A stretch of 64,000 nt of DNA from an uncultured Paenibacillaceae bacterium (lineage in GTDB: Bacteria > Bacillota > Bacilli > Paenibacillales > K13): positions 152,186 to 216,185 of the forward strand of contig CAJXLT010000006.1 of NCBI GenBank assembly GCA_913056365.1, in the 5' to 3' direction. This document shows, piece by piece, positions 17,901-28,800 of the stretch (position 1 is its first letter; each line of letters opens with the position of its first letter). A program made the position numbers and the translations under genes. The notes beneath the pieces were generated by a model, which did no database searches, was not told the origin of the DNA, and saw only the letters and a list, made by a program, of their open reading frames with translations.

Positions 17901-20900
17901 CAAAGCGTTAACTTGGAATCCTGACGGTATAGTAAAGGACAAGCTATATGATGGCACAGCAGCGGCTGTACTGGAACAAGCACCGACTCTGTCAGGCGTT
18001 GTGAATGGCGACGCGGTGACCGTTACAGCGGGAAATGTACAGTTCGCCGATGTAACTGCAGGAACAGGTAAAACTATCATTGCGGATGGCTGGGGGATGG
18101 AAGGTGCAGACGCCAACAATTATACTGTACCAACAGTTCAGCCAACTTTTCAAAGTGCCGATATTACGAAGCTGCAGCTCACAGCCACAGCAACGGCAAC
18201 TGACAGAGCTTATGATGGGACTACGGCAGTTGAAGTTACGCTTACACCAACGAATACAGTTGGATTGGATCAAGTTTCTCTAACGGCAACAGGTACGATG
18301 GCCGATGCCAATGCAGGGACGAATAAGCCTGTGACGATCTCCGACATTCAGTTAAGTGGCAGTGATGCAACCAACTATATGGCGCCTGCTAACCTGAATA
18401 CAACGGTCAATATAACAAAAGCGAGCACAGGATTGGCAGCAACTTCACCTATTTTGATTTATATTCATAGCTCGGATACGGATGATAATACCTTGGAATT
18501 ATCAACAACGCTGAACCCAACAGGTGCGGCTGATCCGGGTGCGATAACCTATACGCTTGATACATTAACGAATTCGGATAGCGTACTAGCTGGAAGCCCT
18601 GTGTTGAATGGCACTACGCTAACCTACACAGGGAATGGGCAGCTAACAGGTACAGCGACACAACATATTAGAATAGCAAGCGATAACTATGCAGATATCA
18701 TCGCTACCATCATCTTCGAAGCTACCGACAAGACAGAAGCAACGGTTACCGTGACCCCGCCGGCCAATATTACGTATGGACAGCGTTTAGGTGATCCAAT
18801 CGCAGGCGTTTCGGAAAGCGTAACAGACGAAGACTATACGTTGAGCTATTCCGGAACACTCACATCGGGGACGCCTTACGGTCCAAGTGAGACGAAACCT
18901 ACCAATGCGGGCAGCTATACCGTGATGGCAACGTTGAATAGTGCTGTTTACTATGGCAGTGACTCGGCGAGCTTCACGATTGCGAAGGCAATGCCTACAG
19001 GCGAACCGGCGTATACCGAAATTAGTGAAGCTGGAGAAACGCTTGCTATCACTAATTTAACAGGTGAATTTACAAATCCGCATAATAGCGATGCTGTGGA
19101 AGGTCACTTAACTTGGGACGACGGAGACAGCGCAACAGTTACACAAGGGACATCGTATGATTGGACATTCACGCCGAATGCTACGAATAATTATTATGTA
19201 GTGACAGGGTCGATCATACCGTGGCCGGCACCTCCCGGCGGCGATATTGCAGGAACGTTAGACATTACAGGAACACCTAGTTACGGGTATGTACTAACGG
19301 GCAATGTCAACCTAACCGGCGATCCATGGGGGAACTTGACCTATACGTGGAAACGTGGAACGACGGTATTGCAGACGAGTACGAAGACAGGAGATACAGA
19401 CACCTATACGATTCAGGCAGGGGATATAGGGAGCACCATTACCCTTGAAGTGACATCCGATTACTATGCGGGTACGCTGACTGCAAGTACAGACGTAGTT
19501 ACTCGACGCACTGTTCAGGAGCCTTCTCCGCCGATCGTGGAGAGCGCAACGAAATTCTCCATTACATTACGGGCAGCCGGCGGATATGAGTATACGATAG
19601 ACAACGGCAACACCTGGCAGGACAGTCCAGTATTCACGGGACTTACGCCAAGCACGACGTATACATTCCAGCAGCGAATCAAGGCAACACCGACCAGCTT
19701 TGCTTCAGACATGAGCGGTACTGCGGAAGGAACGACCTTGGATAAGGAGCAGCTCCAGCAACCTGACAATCTGCGTTGGGACACAACTGGAACGGAAGTG
19801 CTTGCCAAGTGGGATGACGTACCGAACCACTCTGGTTACATTGTGCAGCTATATAAGGACGGGGTTCCAGTGGGCGACCCGATCGATATCAACCAGACTT
19901 CCTATGACTTCTCAGCAGCTATAGCGGCTGGCGGGGACGGGATCTATACGTTCACCGTGCTAGCTAAGGGCGACAACGTCAGCTATATCGATAGTCGGAA
20001 GTCGAGGGTTACTACAGCTTATGTGGCGAAGGAAACCCGCAACGTTACCGGCAAAGTTGAAGATGAACATCATAATCCGGTGCATGATGCAGAAGTGAGA
20101 GTGATGCAGGGGAATACGCAAATCGGCATCACGGTCATGACAGCACTGGACGGAACGTTTACCATAACGGGTATTCCTGCAGGCTCCTATAACCTTGTGA
20201 TCACGAAGGGTGATCAGCGGGTCACACGCTACTTCACGGTTGGAGATACGGATTATATTTTCCAAGAAGTTATCACTCTGCCAAGCGGTAAGAAGAACTC
20301 CGTGCTTCAAGTAGCACAGGATACACCGGATGTTGTCGTTGATAAATTAGACGATATGTTCAACCAGCCAGAGATTTATACGCCGGAGGATGATGCAACA
20401 GTTGCAGGCGGAGGTAAGGTTGAAATCAAGCTCTCCGTGGAGAAGAACGACAATGCTGCACATGTAACGGAAATGTCGAACGCGGCAAGCTCCGGCGGTT
20501 ATACGATGGGGACAGCACTGGACTTGAATGTTACGAAGACAGCGACGGACAATGTGGGAGCTGTAACGGCATTCACACCGATATCGGATACGCAGGTGCT
20601 GCTGACTATTGTCATACCGATTCCTGAACATGAGCAGGGCAAGTCAGCCTATCGATTAATTCGTGCTCATGATTACGAAGACGGCAACGGTGTTGTAACG
20701 GAATATATCAGCCCAACAGCTAATGCCAATGGTGAGAGAATAGAAGTCAACGCAGATAAGACCATCATCACGGCCTACGTTCGCTACTTCTCTACGTATG
20801 CGATTGCGTATCCAGATGGCTCGCAATCGGGTGGCGGCTCCGGCAGCAGCTCGAGTGATCAAATTGGTGGCAGGACCACGAACACCATCGTCATCGTAGA

Positions 20901-22092
20901 CGGGAAGAATCACTTTATCGGCAGAGAAGAAGTGGAAGGTTCGACAACAAAGTCAACCCCAGACCAAGAGAAGCTTGCAGCTGAGATTGCACAGGCAGCA
21001 GATAGCGTAGTCGTTCCGATATCTGAGAATGAAGAGGTCAGCACGCATTTGGTTGTGAGCCATGTTGAAGCCATGAAGGCCAAGGGAATGACCCTAACGG
21101 TGCAAACGGGAAACATTGCATACAACATCGATACAACTGCAATCAACATAGACGAAATCAGGACAATATTAGGCAAAGATGCGGATACGCGTGCAATGCC
21201 GTTTGTCATTACGATTGCAGATGCAGGCGATCAAGTGACCGTTCCTGACACAGCAGAGGAACATGTGATTATAGAACCGATCAGCTTTACAATAAGTGCA
21301 CAATATGACGGCAAGACTGTTGATGTTAAGAGATTTCGTTCTTACGTGAATCGTACGATTGAGATTACCCAAGAACAGGCAGATCGCATTACAACAGCGG
21401 TAGTCATAGAACCGAATGGTACATTAAGACACGTACCGACCGAAGTATATACACAAGATGGCAAGCATTATGCCAAAATCAACAGCCTTACCAATTCCTT
21501 ATACACGCTCATTTATAATGAGCAGCAGTTTGATGATGTCATCGGAACATGGTATCAAGAACAGGCGGACGAAATGACGAGTCGCAAAATTGTATTCGGC
21601 GTATCGGATGGGGTATTCGACGGCGATAGGAACATTACGAGGGCCGAATTTGCTGCGATGATCGTTCGTGCATTAGGATTACCTGCTCATGGTCAAGCTG
21701 CATTCAGCGATGTTCCGGCAGAAGCGTGGTATAGCGGCGCTGTTGCAACGGCTGCGGAGTATGGTATCGTAGTCGGGGTCGGACATAACAAGTTCGCTCC
21801 ACATACGAACATATCCAGACAAGAGGCAATGGCTGTACTTTACAATGCTGCTAAGTTAACACCGTACGTAGATCAAGGAATAGACAACGCATTGATTCGT
21901 ACATTCAGGGACTATGGTACACAGTCAGATTGGGCAAGTGCAGCTGTTGATTACAACCTGTCTAACAACTTTATCGTAGGTTATGATGAAGCGATAAGAC
22001 CCCAAGAGTACATCACGCGCAGCGAAGCAGCATCCGTCATCCTTAGACTATTGCAGAAGGCTCAGCTTGTAGATGTAAGAAGTCACCCGTAA
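14917..22092 (+). CDS. giant SLH surface protein (2391 aa; tandem ~105-aa modules, Big_2-like and YDG/MBG repeats, FN3-like, CarboxypepD_reg-like, 3 SLH)
   Basis: A signal peptide ends in TAHA. Four NxLPxGL...RLSDTEL...T modules are present. ISYSSSDEKVATVDAATGKV is Big_2-like, and DKLYDGTAAA / DRAYDGTTAV are YDG repeats. The C-terminus has three SLH motifs. Confidence 0.9.
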   Translation: MKKRKSCFGMIMTFIMMLSIFPIVPMTAHAADGCDASARAEFGGLDNKNLFLGGKYIELGISQWGDFGTEGIMHYPVPGDRPANFHGTDQRQNIAMSADHDGFCQGVDLPVDYFLPGSPEERFAVGYTSHPDDTRGGISQSNSALMDGESNGMGTIKSKLMPTTVTNTSDLDNGILSATIVSYWRNGSLSPKMEVTQVISFHEDDKFFRNEVTLKNITDEGDYPQSWTGARYTRSLDPDNTVDQNDGRFYETRNVVTHTVAEDGMAVVKAESHLDDDKLYQAFNSRMPIFYYSSDPMARGSVFGRGVVEPYTDQVYNRPRPKGDAWVNDVSIGMTWDAGPLEPGETSDVFTYYTSLDERVFEEVMADIKLDESRSLPLIEAETNDGTVPGNQKVVVSGATLVEPLDMDHIRVNNLPAGLGFETTRLSDTELDIQLTGKAMQHSSEFSVDHLSITIGKENVMGSSSDLTTKSFSIMFRDPPELSVYPGVINARFYNSLGYAFPQSENIELSIQDGKFAEDIQAADIQVNHLPAGLQHAMRVERLSDKKLKITFDNGFTSVAEDVNNVSITVAADKLIGSPDELTSNTFKMNFEEKEPFLTVATPLLYESKANDGSIDDKLVLEFLNGTLPESVTESVYAEAVNWPSGLYIGEVTRDNDTQLTLSIAGQADNHSVTDSVYDAQVNMMNMMSNTFSIIFRSPPPYITASPDIIGYAEDGTGIDVLTVALNNGIFAQDMSSGVTLNNLPEGLSFAVDRISDTELEIHFTGGNIQKNTATPFASVTVEAAKVIGAEAPLTSNFVELQVPQDDAQANLDAVDLTWDTIREENILQSSVTTDVDLLTEGKYGSTITWTSSDESVIALDGQVTRPGTDESDQAVKLIAEITYGTVSLTKPFDLIVKKLEESLPAQPLTFDNVTNGAVTKTYGDSRFTFTATSTKADGGPISYSSSDEKVATVDAATGKVAMHKAGEATITATAAKVPGLYGKSTATYVLTVNPKALTWNPDGIVKDKLYDGTAAAVLEQAPTLSGVVNGDAVTVTAGNVQFADVTAGTGKTIIADGWGMEGADANNYTVPTVQPTFQSADITKLQLTATATATDRAYDGTTAVEVTLTPTNTVGLDQVSLTATGTMADANAGTNKPVTISDIQLSGSDATNYMAPANLNTTVNITKASTGLAATSPILIYIHSSDTDDNTLELSTTLNPTGAADPGAITYTLDTLTNSDSVLAGSPVLNGTTLTYTGNGQLTGTATQHIRIASDNYADIIATIIFEATDKTEATVTVTPPANITYGQRLGDPIAGVSESVTDEDYTLSYSGTLTSGTPYGPSETKPTNAGSYTVMATLNSAVYYGSDSASFTIAKAMPTGEPAYTEISEAGETLAITNLTGEFTNPHNSDAVEGHLTWDDGDSATVTQGTSYDWTFTPNATNNYYVVTGSIIPWPAPPGGDIAGTLDITGTPSYGYVLTGNVNLTGDPWGNLTYTWKRGTTVLQTSTKTGDTDTYTIQAGDIGSTITLEVTSDYYAGTLTASTDVVTRRTVQEPSPPIVESATKFSITLRAAGGYEYTIDNGNTWQDSPVFTGLTPSTTYTFQQRIKATPTSFASDMSGTAEGTTLDKEQLQQPDNLRWDTTGTEVLAKWDDVPNHSGYIVQLYKDGVPVGDPIDINQTSYDFSAAIAAGGDGIYTFTVLAKGDNVSYIDSRKSRVTTAYVAKETRNVTGKVEDEHHNPVHDAEVRVMQGNTQIGITVMTALDGTFTITGIPAGSYNLVITKGDQRVTRYFTVGDTDYIFQEVITLPSGKKNSVLQVAQDTPDVVVDKLDDMFNQPEIYTPEDDATVAGGGKVEIKLSVEKNDNAAHVTEMSNAASSGGYTMGTALDLNVTKTATDNVGAVTAFTPISDTQVLLTIVIPIPEHEQGKSAYRLIRAHDYEDGNGVVTEYISPTANANGERIEVNADKTIITAYVRYFSTYAIAYPDGSQSGGGSGSSSSDQIGGRTTNTIVIVDGKNHFIGREEVEGSTTKSTPDQEKLAAEIAQAADSVVVPISENEEVSTHLVVSHVEAMKAKGMTLTVQTGNIAYNIDTTAINIDEIRTILGKDADTRAMPFVITIADAGDQVTVPDTAEEHVIIEPISFTISAQYDGKTVDVKRFRSYVNRTIEITQEQADRITTAVVIEPNGTLRHVPTEVYTQDGKHYAKINSLTNSLYTLIYNEQQFDDVIGTWYQEQADEMTSRKIVFGVSDGVFDGDRNITRAEFAAMIVRALGLPAHGQAAFSDVPAEAWYSGAVATAAEYGIVVGVGHNKFAPHTNISRQEAMAVLYNAAKLTPYVDQGIDNALIRTFRDYGTQSDWASAAVDYNLSNNFIVGYDEAIRPQEYITRSEAASVILRLLQKAQLVDVRSHP
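16040..17330 (+). repeat. four diverged tandem ~105-aa modules inside the 2391-aa protein (approximate bounds)
   Basis: A recurring pattern is seen: NNLPAGLGFETTRLSDTELDIQLTG, VNHLPAGLQHAMRVERLSDKKLKITF, WPSGLYIGEVTRDNDTQLTLSIAG, LNNLPEGLSFAVDRISDTELEIHFTG. Each module ends in a SNTF/SNF..F motif. Confidence 0.55.
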
Positions 22093-22122
22093 GATATAGG
22101 AAGAACCGTATTCATGAATAAT

Positions 22123-22160
22123 CGAGAATTCTTGTTGTGTACAAGGATTCTCGTTTTTTT
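22123..22160 (+). terminator. rho-independent terminator
   Basis: CGAGAATTCTTG pairs with CAAGGATTCTCG (one G-U pair) and is followed by TTTTTTT. Confidence 0.7.
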
Positions 22161-22245
22161 CGTTCCTGTACGCCTGTGAAGAACAACCAAAATGAGTTAC
22201 AATAACAAAGACGTATGAAAATAGAGAACCCCGAATATACAAGGA

Positions 22246-22560
22246 GTGGTCGAACTGAGAAAACATAAGCCCATGTCATTCGATGATTTGCTGAAGGATC
22301 TGCAAGGCCAACGAGAGATGCAGGAGGATCCGGACAACGTCAAGCTGGAGGATCTGTTCCATCCTGATTTCATGAAGAAGTACACGAATTTTGACAGCTT
22401 CGGTGCATTCTTAGAACAAGGCAACTTCCAGGTGGAAACCCATGAGGATATCGCCAAGATTCCTGACGAACTATTCGATCGCCATATTTCAAGAGAGACC
22501 AAGTTCGAGGATTGGGCATCCATGCTGGAAACTGCTGATCAAGCATATAAGTCGCAATAG
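22246..22560 (+). CDS. small acidic hypothetical protein
   Basis: This is a 104-codon ORF between two terminators. AAGGAG lies at 22241-22246, and the true start is uncertain (in-frame CTG 22255 or ATG 22273). Confidence 0.5.
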   Translation: MVELRKHKPMSFDDLLKDLQGQREMQEDPDNVKLEDLFHPDFMKKYTNFDSFGAFLEQGNFQVETHEDIAKIPDELFDRHISRETKFEDWASMLETADQAYKSQ

Positions 22561-22596
22561 ACAGCTATAGGAAAGAACGGCAAGAGTCGATGAATG

Positions 22597-22617
22597 TCAG
22601 GTACTTCACCTGATTTT
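22597..22617 (+). terminator. short rho-independent terminator
   Basis: TCAGGT-ACTTC-ACCTGA followed by TTTT. Confidence 0.5.
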
Positions 22618-22843
22618 CGATCGGCTCTTCTTTTTTTGATGAATAGTCATGGTGTACCAAAAGAGGAATAGTTCAAGTTGCTTATGCTTAGGTATTTAGT
22701 CTTATTTTATGCTTCATTCCTTATACTTTACCTAGTTTTTACTCGGGCATGATAGTTTTAGTCTGATTACATTCATAATAGCGAGCGCTAGGCAAGGTGT
22801 CAGAGCTTGCGGCTCTATTGACTGAAATAAAGGAGATGAACGA

Positions 22844-25800
22844 ATGTTACATAAGCGATGGACGAAGCCGCTAGTGATGGTTGTGATTATGAGTATGATG
22901 CTATCCTTCGTGCCTCTTCAAGTGCAGCAAGTACAAGGGGAGGAAGGGTTGAACGAAGCAGTAACGGTTCAATCGGCTGTCTATGAGGATGACGAGTTAT
23001 TCGATATGCCAGGACTGACAGGGATGATGAGCGAGCCGAATGTCTTGTTCGCACCGTATGCGCATGGCGTTGTGCTCTCGTGGGCTTATCCGCAATGGTC
23101 AGATTATTCTTGGACGCTTCTTCGTGATGATGCGCAAGTTAGTACGGGGTGGGCTGCTGGTCCTTCTTATTATGATAATGACGTAGAACCTGATACGGCG
23201 TATACGTACACCTTGATCTTGACGAATGCGGTTACGGATGAGCAGGTAACGGTGGAGCGTGAGGTGCAGACACTAGCTGCCGGCGAGGGGATTCGTACAG
23301 AGATGGTTAGTCTGGACCACACCGGATCAGCTGTCGACAAGGTGAGCTCCGAACCAAGCTTGTCTGCAGATGGACAAGTGATTGCATTCACTTCTGAGGT
23401 TGAGACTATGGTCGAGGACGATACGAATGTTCGGGCAGATGTGTTCGTGCGAGAATCGGATACAGGTGTAATCGAACGAATTAGTGTAGCGTCAGACGGG
23501 ACAGAAGCTGACTATGGCGGTGGACAGCCGAGCATTAGCGGCGATGGGAACCGCGTTGCCTTCGTCTCTAGCTCTACGAATTTGCATGCGTATCCGTCGA
23601 GCTTTGCGAACCAGATCTACATTCGACATCGAGACATCGGTCATACGGAGATCGTCACTGTTGGTGTCGATGATAGTCTAGGTGATTATGCAAGCAACAA
23701 GCCTGCGATGAGCGCAGATGGTCGTTATGTTGTCTATCAATCGCAAGCGACTAATCTGATTGCAGAGGACAGCGGTCCTGCTTCGCGGATGAATATATTC
23801 CTCTATGATCGAGTAGAGCAGACGACGGAATGGGTAAGCCGCGCATTCGCCGGCGGTGCGCCGGACGGCAACAGTGAGAATCCGGCTATTAGCGATGACG
23901 GCCGCTATGTCGTGTTCGAATCGATGGCACGGAATTTGGTAGATGGCGGTTCTAGTGATGATAAGCATATTTTCGTATGGGAACGGGAGGCAGGTGAGAT
24001 TCAGCAGGTAAGCAAGCTGCCAGACGGCAGGGAGCTGTCTGTGTCATTGGGGGATGCGAATAACAGCAAGCCCGATATGAGCGGGGACGGGAAGACTGTC
24101 GTCTTCTATACTGAGCATGAAACCTACCTAGGTACTACCGGACCGAGCTTGCAGTTATGGGATCGGGATACCGGTGAGCTACAGACGGTGAATTACCGTT
24201 CGAATCTGACGAGTGAAGCTATTCTTCCGAGTGCTGGAATTGCTGCGAAGATTAGCGCAGATGGAAGCAGGGTCTTGTTCGCTTCAGAAGATCCGTACAT
24301 GACGCCGCCGACGAATGAATCGAACGGGCTGCAGCTGTACTTGCGGGAGATGGAGAGCGGCAAGGTGTGGCACGTCAGCGCATCATCAGACGGCGTACCG
24401 CAGGAAGGAAGCATTATATATGGAAGTCCGCTGAGCAATTGGGCGATCAATCAGGACGGCACGCATGTCGTGTTTCAGTCGAATGCGAACAATCTGACGG
24501 ACGATCGGGATTCTGGCAATATCCAGAATGTGTTCCTTACCGTATTGGAGCAAGCAGCATCCCCGCCTTCCTGGCCGGCAGGAGCACAGCTTGAGATTGC
24601 GGATAGCGGTCAGACCTTCGTTGAATTAAGCTGGGGAGCAGCACAAGGCGATGTAGACCGGTATTGGATTTATCAGGACGGTCTCGTTATTGATGAGTCG
24701 GCTTCAACGTCCTATCGGGTTACGGGTCTGGAGCCGGGTCGCGCGTATGCATTTGCCGTTGCAGCCGAAGGCGGTGGCGAGCTTACATCGACGCTGGAGG
24801 TGCAGGCGCAGACAGATGATGCGGTAGTCGGGGACGCAGGCTTGACGGTCAATGTGGAAGAAGGAGGCTTGGCCCATCTGACATGGGATCAAGCGGCGGA
24901 CGTAGAAGGCTATGTTGGCTATCGCATAGAGCGCCGTGTGTCAGGCGCAGAGGACTGGGAGGAACGCGGTGATCCGGTGGAGCTGGATGTAACGGAAGTG
25001 ACCGATCAGGAGCTGCTTGGAGACACAGCTTACGAGTATCGGATTATGCTCATACCGGATGACGGTCCCTTACAGCAGCATACCCGTATAGTGGAAGTGC
25101 ATACGCCTGCGCTGTATGCGGATGAGTTCTTCTGGTCACTTGCTGAGGAGCCATTCCGGGGCTATGCGGCACAAGGCAGCAGCTTGACCTTCATCGTCAC
25201 AGGTGAGCCGCAGCGCAGTGCAACTGTAGTCGTAACCTATAATTCCTCGTTCGATGATGATGGGGTATTAGTCGAGCAGTTGCAAGAGCGTGAGGTTGAG
25301 GTGGAGCTTGCTGAGGATGAGAGCGGCATCTATCGCGGTGAATGGGACATACCTGCGGGCGCCGTGCAGTTGCACGCTCTGCATGCAAGTATAACGGATG
25401 GGGAGCATGTTGCCGAGCTGCCGGAACAGGAGATAGCGGTTAGCGTGTTAGGCGATCTGGAAGTGTCTTTGTCCGCGGCAGACGGCGTTGCATTCACGGA
25501 CATACCGGATGATGCGCGGATGCGCTTGTGGAGCGAGCAGGTGCAGAGCGGTTCCATTGTTGAGGTGGATGAAGAGGGGACGTATGCGTTCTCGAACTTG
25601 CTGCCTGCTGACGATTACCTGCTGCGGCTGGATCGCAGATCAGGCGGTATGCCGTTGGATGAACTGGATAGCCTCGTCGTACGCAGCGGCTTGCTCAATC
25701 CGCATGAAGGAGAGCTGGAGCTGGAATATAAGGGAGCTCCCTCTATTCAACTCGAAGTAAGAGCGGGCAGCGAGCTTGGTGAGCGGTTGGGCGATGTTGC

Positions 25801-28800
25801 GGTGTCTGTGACAGATGCAGATACGGGACGGTTGCTCGGGCGTGTCGTTACCGATGCGAATGAGACAGTCGAAGTGTTCCGGACATGGGATTCATCCTCT
25901 CATGCACAGGCGCAGCGGCTTCAGCTTCGGTTGGCCCCAACCTCGACGCTTGGGCATCAGTACGCAGCTATCGAACAGATCGTCGAGATCCAACCGGGTG
26001 AACAACTCGTATCTCTCGTGCTGCATGATACAGCGCCGGCTGTATTGCAAGGGCGTGTGTTAGATGCAAGCGGTGAGCCTATTGCCAGACAGGAGGTTGT
26101 CGCAACTGGCATCGGCTATACTTCGACAGCGGTAACGGATGAAGATGGCTACTATACGCTATCCGTCTATGCCGGAGAAGTGGAAGTGTCGGCTGTGAGG
26201 CGAGCCAATGCGATACAGCGGGATCGAAGCGAAGTAAGGGAGTTGGACGTACAAGCAGGAGAGAGCTATACGGGCATTGATCTAACTTTGTCCGCTACTT
26301 ATCGCTATTCGTTCGCGATCGGCTCCATTCGTTATGAACGCGCGGACGGAACGGAGCAGGTCTATATGAATCTTGGTCGAAGTGAAGCGGCGAATTTGCA
26401 ATTCACGATCGAGAGCGATGGGATGTTTCCGATGAGGGCCTCACGCGAAGGTGTCTACCCGTTGGAGCGTCACTTGACGCTCGAGCAATATACAAGCGGT
26501 ATGACAGCTACGGCTTGCATTGACGGACGATCCATGGGCTTCCCTCCGACTTGCCAAGAGATTGAAGTAGATGGAAGTGAATCACAGGTTTATGTCGATT
26601 TTGTAGTCGAGCTTCCGGCGGATGCAGGTGTGCTGCTTGCCAATCCGTTGTGGCCTAACGGTCAAGAAGCGTACGGTGAATTTCAGTTGTTCGATTATAA
26701 TGAACAGCTGCGAGCTAGAGCTTATAGCGATACGAACGGACTGTACATGGATGTGCCGGAAGCGGGAGAATATTGGCTGCGATCACAAAGCAGTTATGCC
26801 GCAGATGGACAGTTAGCGAATAGGAAACCGCACTATATTAATGAGCATATATTCGTAGGTGCTGGAGAAATTGTGGATCTCGGTAATCTGGATTACAAAG
26901 CGGGAGGTAGGTTCGGCTTTCAATCGGGCAATAGCTTGACTGCAGAGTCGTCCGAGCTGCTGCCGGGCACATCGGGTCGCTTCCGCTTGGATTATGCCAA
27001 CCAAGGAGAAGGGGCAGTCGACAATACCGAGGTGGAAGTTCACTTGCCCGAAGGCATGTCGCTCGTTGCGGGATCGGTGTTACTCAATCAGGAAGCGGTT
27101 GCGGTCCACTCTACGGGTAGCTCGTTCACGATCGCGCTCGGCAATGTAGAGGCAGATGAAGCAGGTGTCGTTCATTTCCAATTGGAAGCGGCAGAAGATG
27201 CTGCGAGCGGTATAGCTCCTGTTCCAGCAGTCATTCGCTATGAAGAGGACGGAGCAAGCTTAGAAGAATGGATGGGCAGCTTGGATGTGCATATCGGTAC
27301 AGTATCGATCATTGTACCGCGCACGGTACATGAGCCGACGCTGACTGTTCAAGGGCAAGCGCCTGCTGACAGCCGGGTACGTGTCATGATCGATGGCATC
27401 GCCGCAGGCGAAGCGCAGGCAGCTCCGAATGGCTATTGGAAGGCAACTGTGGAGCTGAGTGAGCAGGAGGAACCATACTGGTTCTTGGTTGAAGCTGAAG
27501 CGACGCATGATGGCGAGCGTTGGGAGGCTACACCGACCGAGGTGCTGTATGAACCATCCATGCCGCGCTTGCTGCAAGTCGATATGCGGCAACGTGCGGA
27601 GCCGGAAGATATTCAATTTAGGGATATACCACAAGAGCTCATTCCAGCTTCGACGGATTGGTCGTCCTTCCGAACAGAAGGAGGAGTAGCTCGATTCGCA
27701 CGTACGATGCTTGCCGGTCTGCCATTCGAGTTCCGCTTGCACTTCAATGAACCGACCGAAGTGACCAATGTGACCGTTCATGTTGAAGGACCGGCAGGCG
27801 GAACCGCACAGGCCTACTACGATGAGGAAGAGCAGATTTGGCGAGCGCTGATGCCGACGGAACGGAATGCATCATGGGTGGCAGGCAAGATATGGGTCGA
27901 CTTCGATCATCAGTATAAGACACCGTCTTCCCTGACTCGCACGATGGTTAGCGGCGATGAAGCGCGTGCGTTGATTGACGAGATGCCGGACTGGGACGAC
28001 CCTCGCTGGATGAGGCTTGCTCCTAGTGATGGTTCTACAGAAGCAACGGAAGAAGAACAGCTCGAACAAGAGGATACAACCGCTGAAGATTCGGACGATG
28101 GAGAAGGAGCGCTGCATGTAGCTATGGAGGATTACTACCGTGCAGATGGCGATATATCCGGGAGAGTTGAAGTCAGTGTGCAGACTGTAGAGTCCTGGGT
28201 TGAACCAGAACAGACAGCATACAGGCTGCTTGGCAACGTGGTGAGCGGCTCAGGTGATGTGTCCGCGATCGGACCGATTCCGGAAGTCGACAATGCTCCA
28301 CCATGGAATCGACTAGAGGTCAGAATTACGCGTCCGGCAGAAGATGAGATCGGGGTTATTATGCGAGGCGAGGTAGATCCGTCGTACTTCATCGATCATA
28401 ATGAAACAGCGCCGGAGTGGCACGATGAACCGGAGCTCATTCTGAGCGGAACGGATGCTTCCAGTGTGACGCTGCAATGGTCTCCTGCTCAAGATGATGT
28501 TTGGGTAGAGTCTTATGAAATCCAACACATGACAGCTGGTGGCGATATGGCCGCACTTACCGTACCAGCAGATGAGCAGGCAGCGACGATCGGCGGATTG
28601 ACAGAAGGGCAGACCTATACCTTCCAGGTGATAGCCGTCGATCCCGGAGACATGCGGACTCCGGGGCCTGAGATTACAGTAACCGTCGGTGATCAGAGCG
28701 AGGTTACGACTACGGCGGAACAGGAACAGTTCGCGAAGCGTTCTGCGAAGCTTGCTGAACCGAAGTGGAAGCATGAAGTACGCATCGCTGCTGAGGAAGG

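Noticed and set aside
7122-21372. Dozens of 60-190-aa minus-strand ORFs inside the giant surface-protein genes (for example 10232-10804, 12516-13010, 13011-13526, 17745-18119).
   Set aside because: They are antisense shadows of long, well-supported plus-strand genes. They have no SD sequences and their compositions are Cys/Arg/His-rich and non-protein-like.
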